The notes below the pieces were generated by a model. It was not told the DNA's origin, did no database searches, and saw only the letters and a list, made by a program, of their open reading frames with translations. From an uncultured Marinoscillum sp. (GTDB lineage: Bacteria; Bacteroidota; Bacteroidia; Cytophagales; MED-G16): a stretch of 64,000 bases of DNA. The DNA lies in contig CAZGPH010000001.1 in the NCBI GenBank assembly GCA_964527965.1, forward strand, positions 150,657 to 214,656, read 5' to 3'. The first letter of the stretch is position 1. The number at the start of each line of letters is the position of its first letter. The translations under genes and the position numbers were made by a program. Positions 1 through 8,717 of the stretch are shown here, piece by piece.

Positions 1-1
1 C

Positions 2-1750
2 CTATATCTAAAAAGAAGAGAGGTTGCTGGTTTTTCTTTTCAAAAAGACAATTATTTACAAATAGAGCTAGAGTCTTCTTTTGTATACCAAGATACACCA
101 GACCAACTAAAAACAACTGAAGATGTAAAAAAAGACATGGAGGGTTCTTTTCCAATGGACAGATTGGTTTGTGGTGATGTTGGGTTTGGTAAAACAGAAA
201 TTGCTGTAAGGGCAGCGTTTAAAGCTGTTTGTTCAAATAAACAGGTTTTAATATTAGTGCCAACAACTATTCTTGCCTTTCAACATTTTAAAACATTTAA
301 AAAAAGATTGAAAAACCTTCCTGTTTCTGTAGATTATTTATCTCGTTTTCGTACTAGTAAAGACAAAAGAAGGATTATAAACGAGTTGGTTTCTGGTTCT
401 ATAGATATATTAATAGGAACACATTCTGTTCTAAGTAATAAAGTAAAGTTTAAAGACCTTGGCTTATTAATAGTAGATGAAGAACAAAAGTTTGGGGTAA
501 CCCTTAAAGAAAAAATTAAGAAAAGAAAACTCAACCTTGACTGCTTAACCTTAACCGCAACCCCCATCCCAAGGACACTCCATTTTTCATTAATTGGTGT
601 AAGGGACATAAGTATAATTAGAACAGCTCCAACTAACAGGCAACCTGTTCATACAGAGGTAATTCAGTTTAATGAAAATGAGATTAGGGATATTATAACT
701 AACGAAATGTCTCGATTTGGTCAAACGTTTTTTGTTCACAATCGGGTTGAGAATATTTATGAAATAGCAAACATTATTCAAAAGCTTGTCCCAAACGCAA
801 AGGTTGCTGTAGCTCATGGTCAACAAAAAGGTGATATATTAGAAAAAACGGTTTTAGATTTTATAGATGGTCGTTTTGATGTTTTGGTGTCCACCAATAT
901 AATTGAATCTGGTTTAGATATACCAAATGCAAATACAATAATTATTAACCAAGCACATATGTTTGGTTTATCTGACTTACACCAAATGAGAGGTCGTGTT
1001 GGTCGATCAAACAGAAAAGCTTTTTGTCGTCTCTTAGTTCCCAAACTATCTAACCTTAACCCGGATGCTAAAAAAAGACTTATCGCGCTTGAGGAGTTTT
1101 CAAATTTAGGGGATGGACTAAACATAGCTTTAAAAGACCTTGATATTAGAGGTGCTGGTAACCTTTTAGGAGGAGAACAAAGTGGGTTTATAAATGATCT
1201 TGGTTTTGAAACTTACAATAAAATTTTAGATGAGGCGCTAAAAGAAATTGACAAACCAAAAGAGTTTAAACAAAACAACCTTAAAAAAGCTATAAACAAC
1301 CATTCGTGTTTAGTTGATGTTTATGAAAAAGCTTTTATCCCTAAAGATTATATTTCTAATTCTAATGAAAGGTTAAGGGTTTATGGTTTTTTAGAGGAAA
1401 AGTCAAAGTTAGGTTTATACAAAGAAATCCTTTCTAATTTGAAAGATAGGTTCGGGCCCCTGCCCGATCAGGTGCTTAAATTAGTTGGGGTTATGAAAAT
1501 TAAAAAAATGGGTTCTTCTTTTGGTCTTGATAAAATTGTAATTAAAAAAAATAAAGTAAAGCTTATTTATTTTAACAACACTAATAAAAGTAGTTTAGAG
1601 CAAGAGAGCTTTGTGTATATTTTGAATTATTTAAATAAATTCGGGTTTAAAACATCAGTGATTGAAAAAAAAGATCAATTAGTTATTAGTGCTTTAGGTG
1701 CTTCTTCTATCAATAAAACGCTAGATTTTTTAAAAAAAATAAAAAAATAA
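2..1750 (+). CDS. mfd: Transcription-repair coupling factor Mfd, C-terminal ~580 codons; the 5' end lies outside the window
   Basis: The ORF is listed as 137..1750, but the same frame stays open back to nt 2 (...FVYQDTPDQLKTTEDVKKDMEGSFPMDRLVCGDVGFGKTEIA). SF2 helicase motifs are present: Walker A GDVGFGKTE, DEEQ box (LIVDEEQKFG), TATPIPRTL and motif VI HQMRGRVGRS. Confidence 0.9.
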   Translation, partial: LYLKRREVAGFSFQKDNYLQIELESSFVYQDTPDQLKTTEDVKKDMEGSFPMDRLVCGDVGFGKTEIAVRAAFKAVCSNKQVLILVPTTILAFQHFKTFKKRLKNLPVSVDYLSRFRTSKDKRRIINELVSGSIDILIGTHSVLSNKVKFKDLGLLIVDEEQKFGVTLKEKIKKRKLNLDCLTLTATPIPRTLHFSLIGVRDISIIRTAPTNRQPVHTEVIQFNENEIRDIITNEMSRFGQTFFVHNRVENIYEIANIIQKLVPNAKVAVAHGQQKGDILEKTVLDFIDGRFDVLVSTNIIESGLDIPNANTIIINQAHMFGLSDLHQMRGRVGRSNRKAFCRLLVPKLSNLNPDAKKRLIALEEFSNLGDGLNIALKDLDIRGAGNLLGGEQSGFINDLGFETYNKILDEALKEIDKPKEFKQNNLKKAINNHSCLVDVYEKAFIPKDYISNSNERLRVYGFLEEKSKLGLYKEILSNLKDRFGPLPDQVLKLVGVMKIKKMGSSFGLDKIVIKKNKVKLIYFNNTNKSSLEQESFVYILNYLNKFGFKTSVIEKKDQLVISALGASSINKTLDFLKKIKK

Positions 1751-1809
1751 ACACAATAAGAGTGTAGTTTATGGGTTATTTGTTTTCAAGAACTTAATTT
1801 TTTGTATTT

Positions 1810-3051
1810 TTGGTAAAAATTAAAAAGCAAATTATCGTGATAAAAAGGTTTTTTTATTTTGTGATTATTTTATTTACAGTAGAAGCGTGCTCGATTTTAC
1901 CTTTTGGAAAATCAAATCCTTCTGCAAGAAACCCTGGCTCAATTAGTACAACAACTAATTTAGATTACTTTTCAGACGCTTATGCTGAAGAAGAAGAAGA
2001 AGGTTTTGTTGTTGCTGGTTTTGGTGGTCAAACACCTGGGCCAAACCAAGTTCTTGTTCAAGGTGGGCGAGCTGTTTTGGGTACATATGAAGAAGATGTT
2101 TTTTATACACACGACAACGTAGAAAGAACAGTTACGGTTCAGTCTTTTTATTTAGATCAAACAGAAATTGCTAACATTCATTGGTTAGAATACCTTCATT
2201 ATGTAAAAAGAGATTCAAGTGAAACCTTCTACGAAAACGCACTTCCAGATACAACGGTATGGGAAAAAGAATTAGCTTTCAACACTCCTTATGTTACTAA
2301 TTACTTAAGGTATCCTGGTTTTAGATATTATCCTGTTGTGGGGGTTAGTTGGAGTCAAGCTATGGATTACTGTAGGTGGAGAACTGAGGCTGTAAACAAA
2401 CAAAGGGCACTAGAGTATTTTGGTGAAGAAGATTATATTGATGGTGATATACCACCAATTGAATCAGGTATTTTTTTACCAGAGTTTAGACTACCAACTG
2501 AAGCAGAATGGGAATATGCTGCTTATGGTCAAATTGGAGATCAGTGGTTAGATGAAAATCAAACACAAAGACGCTTATACCCTTGGGATGGAAGAACCAT
2601 TAGAAGTTCTAAAAGAGGAAATGTAGGTAAGTTTCAAGCAAACTTTAAAAGAGGTAGGGGTGATTACGCGGGTATTGCGGGAGCGCTGAATGATGCTGGT
2701 TTTGTAACGACCTCTATTTACGAATACGCACCAAATGATTTTGGGCTTTACAATATGGCTGGAAATGTAAATGAATGGGTTTTTGATATATACAGACCTC
2801 TTAACTTTCAAGACATGGAAGATTTAAACCCAATAAGGAAAAGTGATTTTCTAGACTCAGAAGAAGACTATGACTCAGAAAACTTTAACTCAATGATAAG
2901 TAATGAATCTAGGGTTTTCAAAGGGGGCTCTTGGGCAGACGGAGCAATGTGGTTATCCCCAGGTACAAGAAGATTTTTAGATCAAGATTCATCATCAGCA
3001 ACAATAGGGTTTAGGTGCGCAACAACCGCACTTGGTACAGCTGGTAACTAA
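1810..3051 (+). CDS. gldJ: GldJ-like gliding-motility lipoprotein (SUMF1/FGE-fold family)
   Basis: Lipobox FTVEAC. The listed start is TTG 1810, and GTG 1837 (VIKRFFYFVIILFTVEAC) gives a cleaner signal peptide. The block ALPDTTVWEKELAFNTPYVTNYLRYPGFRYYPVVGVSWSQAMDYCRWRTEAVN matches my memory of GldJ/GldK-type FGE-fold proteins. The gene is stand-alone with no gldLMN next to it, which favours GldJ over GldK. Confidence 0.55.
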   Translation: MVKIKKQIIVIKRFFYFVIILFTVEACSILPFGKSNPSARNPGSISTTTNLDYFSDAYAEEEEEGFVVAGFGGQTPGPNQVLVQGGRAVLGTYEEDVFYTHDNVERTVTVQSFYLDQTEIANIHWLEYLHYVKRDSSETFYENALPDTTVWEKELAFNTPYVTNYLRYPGFRYYPVVGVSWSQAMDYCRWRTEAVNKQRALEYFGEEDYIDGDIPPIESGIFLPEFRLPTEAEWEYAAYGQIGDQWLDENQTQRRLYPWDGRTIRSSKRGNVGKFQANFKRGRGDYAGIAGALNDAGFVTTSIYEYAPNDFGLYNMAGNVNEWVFDIYRPLNFQDMEDLNPIRKSDFLDSEEDYDSENFNSMISNESRVFKGGSWADGAMWLSPGTRRFLDQDSSSATIGFRCATTALGTAGN

Positions 3052-3167
3052 CCACCTACACACGTTTCAATCTTTTCTTTTAAACCATTAAGGTTATTAT
3101 TTCGTATAATATTAGCTTGTAAAGTTTATATGTAACACAAGCGTTTTGTTTATACGATAACATTATT

Positions 3168-3560
3168 ATGGTTGTAAGAATACCTTCTATTAAAGAAAAT
3201 GTTTCTGTGGTAGAGAGCTTCATAGAAAACGTTGGGGAAAAAATCCAAATTGAGGAATCAATTTACGGAAACGTATTGGTTTCTGTAACCGAAGCTGTAA
3301 ACAACGCAATTGTTCACGGAAACAAAGAAGACAAAAACAAAAAAGTTAAACTTGAGTTAAAGAAAAACAAAAAAAGTGTTCGGTTTGTTGTTGAAGATGA
3401 GGGTGTGGGTTTTGACCACGAAAACCTTCCAGACCCAACAAACCCTAAAAACATTGATAAAGTAAAAGGAAGGGGTGTTTTTTTAATTAAAAGCTTATCG
3501 GACAAAACAAAATTTAAAAAAGGCGGAAGGTCTGTTGAGATGCTTTTTAAACTTAAATAA
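3168..3560 (+). CDS. RsbW/SpoIIAB-like anti-sigma regulatory factor (HATPase_c serine kinase fold)
   Basis: 130 aa with an N-box EAVNNAIVHGN, a G1 box VEDEGVGFD and a G2-like GRGVFLIKSLSD, as in GHKL-type partner-switching kinases. Confidence 0.7.
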   Translation: MVVRIPSIKENVSVVESFIENVGEKIQIEESIYGNVLVSVTEAVNNAIVHGNKEDKNKKVKLELKKNKKSVRFVVEDEGVGFDHENLPDPTNPKNIDKVKGRGVFLIKSLSDKTKFKKGGRSVEMLFKLK

Positions 3561-3989
3561 ATGTTTCTCACAAACTTCTTTTCAGAGAAAAAATCCTTTG
3601 TGTTCAACAATAAAAACAAAATTAGACGCCTAATAAAAAAGATAACACTAGAAGAAAAAAAAGGGTTAAGTTTTTTGAACATTATTTTTTGCTCTGATGC
3701 TTATTTGTTAAACATAAACAAAAAACACCTTAACCATGATTATTACACAGACGTAATAACCTTTGATTACTCTGAAAAAAACAAGAACATTGAGGGTGAT
3801 ATTTACATTAGTGTTGATAGGGTTAAGGAAAACGCAACAAAATACAAAGAAAACAAAAGTGTTGAGCTAATCAGAACAATAATCCACGGTGTGCTTCATT
3901 TGTCAGGATATAAAGACAAAACAAAAAAAGAAAAAGAGATTATGACAACAAAAGAAAATAAATATCTTTCTTTGTATAATAAAAATTAA
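3561..3989 (+). CDS. ybeY: rRNA maturation endoribonuclease YbeY
   Basis: 142 aa with the metal-binding motif [11 protein letters not shown] (HGxLHLxGY). The third ligand position is D, not H. The ATG directly abuts the upstream stop (TAAATG). Confidence 0.85.
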   Translation: MFLTNFFSEKKSFVFNNKNKIRRLIKKITLEEKKGLSFLNIIFCSDAYLLNINKKHLNHDYYTDVITFDYSEKNKNIEGDIYISVDRVKENATKYKENKSVELIRTIIHGVLHLSGYKDKTKKEKEIMTTKENKYLSLYNKN

Positions 3990-4003
3990 GTTCCACGTGG
4001 AAC
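3990..4003. repeat. Perfect 14-bp palindrome GTTCCACGTGGAAC between ybeY and mnmG
   Basis: Read directly from the sequence. It begins on the base after the ybeY TAA and ends 9 nt before the mnmG ATG. Its function is unknown. Confidence 0.9.
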
Positions 4004-4012
4004 ACTTATAAA

Positions 4013-5869
4013 ATGTTTACAAAGTATGATTTAATTGTTGTTGGGGCTGGTCACGCAGGATGCGAGGCGGCGGCGGCAGCTGCAAACATGGGCTCAAGAG
4101 TTTTGTTGGCCACCATGAACATGGGGACAATTGCTCAAATGTCTTGTAACCCTGCGATAGGGGGAGTGGCTAAGGGACAAATTGTAAGAGAAATAGATGC
4201 TTTGGGTGGTTACACTGGAATTGTTACAGACGAAAGCACAATACAATTTCGGATGTTAAATTTATCAAAAGGACCCGCAATGTGGTCCCCAAGAGCACAA
4301 AACGACAGGGTGGTTTTTGCTGAAAAATGGAGGTTGGTGTTAGAAAAAAACAAAAATGTTGACTTTTGGCAAGAAATGATAGTGGGAATAAAGGTTAAAA
4401 AAGGTGTGGTGGTTGGAGTTAAAACAGCATTAGGTTTAGAAATTGAAGCAAAATCTGTTGTGTTGACCAACGGAACCTTTCTCAATGGTCTTATACATGT
4501 TGGTGATAAAAACTTTGGTGGAGGTAGGACAGGTGAAAGAGCTTCAAAGGGAATAACAGAACAACTTGAGGGGTTAGGGTTTGTTTCAGGTAGAATGAAA
4601 ACTGGGACCCCACCAAGGTTAGACGGGAGGTCTATAGAATACTCCAAAATGGAAGAGCAGCCTGGAGATAAAAAACAAGGGCGGTTTTCTTTCATAAAAA
4701 AACAAAAGAAAACAAAACAAAAACCCTGTCACATAACATACACCAACCCTAAAACCCACAAAACACTAGAAGAGGGGTTTTTAAAGTCACCAATGTTTAA
4801 CGGAAGAATAAGGGGTGTGGGTCCAAGGTACTGCCCTTCTATAGAGGATAAAATAACGCGTTTTGCTGAAAGAGATCGCCACCAAATATTTGTTGAGCCA
4901 GAAGGTTGGAACACCGTCGAGGTTTATGTTAATGGTTTTTCAACATCTTTACCTGAGGATGTACAACTAAAAGCCTTGAGAACAATAAGTGGTTTTGAAA
5001 ATGTAAAAATGTTCAGACCGGGTTATGCTATAGAGTATGATTACTTTCCTCCGACACAACTAAAGCACACGCTTGAAACAAAACTTGTTGAAAATCTATA
5101 TTTTGCAGGCCAAATCAACGGTACAACAGGATATGAAGAGGCTGCGTGCCAGGGTCTTGTTGCTGGAGTTAATGCTCACAACAAAATAAACAAAAAAGAG
5201 ATATTTACTCTTAATAGGTCTCAGGCTTATATTGGTGTTTTAATTGATGATCTGATAAACAAAGGAACGGATGAGCCTTACAGGATGTTTACCTCTCGTG
5301 CAGAACATAGGATTTTATTAAGACAAGACAATGCTGACTTAAGATTAACAGAAAGGGGGGCTGAAATTGGACTTGCGGGAAAAGACAGGTTAGATAAGGT
5401 TTTAAAAAAGAAGAGCTTAATTGGTGAGCTAAACACTATCGTTGCTAAAGAAAAGCTAGAGCCCGAGGTGGTTAATAATTATTTAGAATCAGTCGGTTCT
5501 GCAAAAATTAAAGAAAAAAGAAGCTTGATAGAGCTAGCAAGAAGACCGGGTGTTTCTTTAGAGACGTTAATTAAACTTCACGACGGTGAATTAAAGAAAA
5601 AATATAAAGAAGAAATAATAAATCAGGTTGAAATAAACACTAAGTACGAGAGTTATATAGAGAAAGAAAGAGAGGTAGTGCGAAAGATACAAAAACTAGA
5701 AAACAGCAAAATACCTATTAAGTTTGACTATAAAAAGGTTAACTCTTTATCTTCTGAGGGTAAAGAAAAACTTATAAAAATAAAACCAACATCAATAGGT
5801 CAGGCAAGTAGAATAAGTGGTGTGTCTCCCTCTGACGTTTCTATTTTAATGGTGCATCTGAAAAAATGA
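4013..5869 (+). CDS. mnmG: tRNA uridine 5-carboxymethylaminomethyl modification enzyme MnmG (GidA)
   Basis: 618 aa with an N-terminal FAD fold [15 protein letters not shown]. The sequence is GidA-like throughout ([27 protein letters not shown]) and has the C-terminal GidA-associated domain. Confidence 0.95.
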   Translation: MFTKYDLIVVGAGHAGCEAAAAAANMGSRVLLATMNMGTIAQMSCNPAIGGVAKGQIVREIDALGGYTGIVTDESTIQFRMLNLSKGPAMWSPRAQNDRVVFAEKWRLVLEKNKNVDFWQEMIVGIKVKKGVVVGVKTALGLEIEAKSVVLTNGTFLNGLIHVGDKNFGGGRTGERASKGITEQLEGLGFVSGRMKTGTPPRLDGRSIEYSKMEEQPGDKKQGRFSFIKKQKKTKQKPCHITYTNPKTHKTLEEGFLKSPMFNGRIRGVGPRYCPSIEDKITRFAERDRHQIFVEPEGWNTVEVYVNGFSTSLPEDVQLKALRTISGFENVKMFRPGYAIEYDYFPPTQLKHTLETKLVENLYFAGQINGTTGYEEAACQGLVAGVNAHNKINKKEIFTLNRSQAYIGVLIDDLINKGTDEPYRMFTSRAEHRILLRQDNADLRLTERGAEIGLAGKDRLDKVLKKKSLIGELNTIVAKEKLEPEVVNNYLESVGSAKIKEKRSLIELARRPGVSLETLIKLHDGELKKKYKEEIINQVEINTKYESYIEKEREVVRKIQKLENSKIPIKFDYKKVNSLSSEGKEKLIKIKPTSIGQASRISGVSPSDVSILMVHLKK

Positions 5870-6702
5870 GGAACAAGATAGTTTGTGCTCTTTGCGGTTC
5901 AAAAAAAACGTTCTTAAGAGAGGAAAAAGTAGTAGATCCGCTTTCTTTAGAGGTTTTTAATGTTTGTGTTTGCTCCACATGCTTTGTTGGTTTCACAAAC
6001 CCCATACCCAACAACATAAACAAATACTATGATCAAGAAAACTATGATTCATACCAGAAAAAGAAAAGTCTATATAACACGCTATACTCAACCGTTCAGT
6101 CCTTAAACAATTACTATAAAATAAGAATAATGAAAAGCTTTGGTGTTGGAAGCGTGTTAGATTATGGAGCTGGCTCAGGTAGTTTTGTTAGGTATGCCAA
6201 CAAAAAGGGATTTAGCGCTCTGGGTTATGAACCAATTAACACTCAAAGGGGTAAAAATGTGACGAATAAAGTTGAAAAGATAAAAAAAAACAAATATAAA
6301 TTCATAACCCTTTGGCATGTGCTAGAGCACTCGACAGATCCTAAGGGGCTCCTCTCTAACATTAAGAGAATGTTGAGTGAGGGTGGCAAAATTATCGTTG
6401 CTTTACCCAACTTGGGTTCATACGATAACATTTATTACAAAAATAACTGGGCTGGGTATGATGTTCCTCGTCACCTTTACCATTTTAACAAAAAATCATT
6501 TCATAGGTTGGTGTCTGAATTAAACTTAAAAATAATTAAAACGAAACCTCTTTATTTTGATGCTTACTATGTTTCTATGCTTAGTGAGAAAAACAGAAAA
6601 AACCCTTTATGGGTTGTTTTCGGGTTTTTCGTTGGGTTTATATCAAACTTATGTGCTTTTTTTACAAAAAAACACTCTAGTATTATATATATTATAGAAT
6701 GA
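5866..6702 (+). CDS. Class I SAM-dependent methyltransferase with an N-terminal Cys-rich (zinc-ribbon-like) segment
   Basis: SAM motif [13 protein letters not shown]-terminal CALCGS...CVCSTC. ATGA overlap with the mnmG stop. Confidence 0.7.
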   Translation: MRNKIVCALCGSKKTFLREEKVVDPLSLEVFNVCVCSTCFVGFTNPIPNNINKYYDQENYDSYQKKKSLYNTLYSTVQSLNNYYKIRIMKSFGVGSVLDYGAGSGSFVRYANKKGFSALGYEPINTQRGKNVTNKVEKIKKNKYKFITLWHVLEHSTDPKGLLSNIKRMLSEGGKIIVALPNLGSYDNIYYKNNWAGYDVPRHLYHFNKKSFHRLVSELNLKIIKTKPLYFDAYYVSMLSEKNRKNPLWVVFGFFVGFISNLCAFFTKKHSSIIYIIE

Positions 6703-8435
6703 TAAGGGTTGCTTTATATACACTTCTCTTTATAACCTCATGTGCCCAGGTTAAACCACTGACTGGTGGTTTCGAAGACACAATTCCGCCTAACATAATA
6801 AAAAGTTTACCAGATAACTTTAGCACAAACCTAAGAGAACCAATTTTTGTTTTTGAGTTTGACGAAATCGTTGATGTAAGTAAATTAAAAGAAAAGCTAA
6901 TAATCTCTCCTTACTATGACGGTTCGTTCGAAATAAAATCAAAAAAGAACACAATTTCACTTCTTTTTGATTCTGTTTTCAATGATAACACAACTTATAT
7001 TTTCAATTTTGCGGATGGTTTGGTTGATATTACAGAAGGAAACGCTGCTGTTAAGTCTAGATTTGTCTTTAGTACAGGGGACAAGATAGATTCTTCATTT
7101 GTTTCTGGCGTTGTGAGAAATCCATTAAAAAATGAGGCTGTAGAAGGTGCGATTGTTGGGCTATATCAAAAAAAAGACAGTCTTGATTTGTTCCACAAAA
7201 AACCAACTTACTTTGCGTTTACGGATGAAAATGGTTTTTTTATTATTGAAAACATAAAAGCAAAAGACTATACTGTTTATAGTTATCAAGATGAAAACAA
7301 AAACTTTAAATCAGAATACAAAAAAGAGAGTTTTGGTTTTGTTAACAACACGATAAGTGTTGATTCTTTTGTAAATAAAGTATATATACCGCTATACACT
7401 GAAGATCTTACAATATTAAAAATACAAGCTAAAAGGGATAAGGGTGATGTTTTTGATATAACATATTCTAAAAATATTGATTCGTTGGTTATCTTTTCAG
7501 GTGATAATATAAAATGGAGTTTAAACGATAACACTTTGTTGCGGTTTTATGAGAAAACTTTTGATAAAGATTCTTCACTGGTTATTATAAAAGCACAAGA
7601 TGAGGTTGGTTACGAAATAACAGATAGTGTTTTTATTTCTTTTTCAGGAAAACAGAAAAGGGAGTTAAAGCTTGATTTAGATATTGATTGGTCATCACAA
7701 AATATAGATGATACCGTCATAATAACAATGAGTTTTAATTTACCATTAATTAAAAATGAATTTAATATAGATGTTTTAATAGACACAATATTAGTTCCCA
7801 AAAGGTTCGTTTATAGTAAGTTTAATTCATTAAAAAACAATAAGCTAATAGGTAAATTTGCTGTTTTAGTAGATTCTGTTGAGTTGTTTATAAATAAAAA
7901 AAGAGAGGAGGTAATTAATGACAGCTTACGTTTTGAAAATGATTCTATTTATAAAGTCGTTTCTAGATATTACAAACGGTTAAACCCTAAAATAATTAAT
8001 TTTTTAATACCGGAAGGTGAGTTTGTTTCTATATCTAAAGATACTTTAAAGGTTGTTTTTCAGGAACTAAGAATAAGAGGTAAAGATTATTATGGTGATT
8101 TTTCTGGAGAAGTAATCGGTGTTAATAAAAACAAAAAATATTTTGCTGAATTGGTTGATGAAAACTTTTCTTCTGTATACAAAAGCGAAAAATCATTTCC
8201 TTTTTTTAGTTTTAAAAATATAACTCCAGGTAAATATTATTTAAGGGTGGTAAATGATATTAATAGTAATTTACAGTGGGATTATTTTGGGATTAAATCT
8301 AGAAATAAAGCTGAGGATATTTTTTATTATGAACAAATAATAGAGATCAGATCAAACTGGAGTGTTGAAGACGTTGTTTTTAATGTTAAAGAAACTGTGG
8401 ATAATATGTTTTTAGTAGAAAAGAAACAAAATTAA
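6699..8435 (+). CDS. Lipoprotein with a probable Ig-like (SbsA/Big_5-type) N-terminal domain; function unknown
   Basis: Lipobox LFITSCAQ. The segment KPLTGGFEDTIPPNIIKSLPDNFSTN resembles Bacteroidota Ig-like-domain lipoproteins. ATGA overlap with the upstream methyltransferase. Confidence 0.45.
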   Translation: MIRVALYTLLFITSCAQVKPLTGGFEDTIPPNIIKSLPDNFSTNLREPIFVFEFDEIVDVSKLKEKLIISPYYDGSFEIKSKKNTISLLFDSVFNDNTTYIFNFADGLVDITEGNAAVKSRFVFSTGDKIDSSFVSGVVRNPLKNEAVEGAIVGLYQKKDSLDLFHKKPTYFAFTDENGFFIIENIKAKDYTVYSYQDENKNFKSEYKKESFGFVNNTISVDSFVNKVYIPLYTEDLTILKIQAKRDKGDVFDITYSKNIDSLVIFSGDNIKWSLNDNTLLRFYEKTFDKDSSLVIIKAQDEVGYEITDSVFISFSGKQKRELKLDLDIDWSSQNIDDTVIITMSFNLPLIKNEFNIDVLIDTILVPKRFVYSKFNSLKNNKLIGKFAVLVDSVELFINKKREEVINDSLRFENDSIYKVVSRYYKRLNPKIINFLIPEGEFVSISKDTLKVVFQELRIRGKDYYGDFSGEVIGVNKNKKYFAELVDENFSSVYKSEKSFPFFSFKNITPGKYYLRVVNDINSNLQWDYFGIKSRNKAEDIFYYEQIIEIRSNWSVEDVVFNVKETVDNMFLVEKKQN

Positions 8436-8717
8436 TATACAGGATATTCTTTCTGCCCATTTAATTAACAACTAATTTATAAACACTTAAATAATTTTTT
8501 TTTTTTAATATTTATAAGTAACTGATTACCATTTGTTTCGGTGTTAATTATGTGTTTATATTTTATTAATAATTGTTATCAACATATTCACATACTAATG
8601 AATACTTTTACTTTTTTCTAAAAATGAAAAATATAATTATTATAATACAATTGTTTAAAAGTTTATAGTTTAATAGCTATAAATGTTTATTGAAATTTTC
8701 GTAATCTTGCTTTATAA

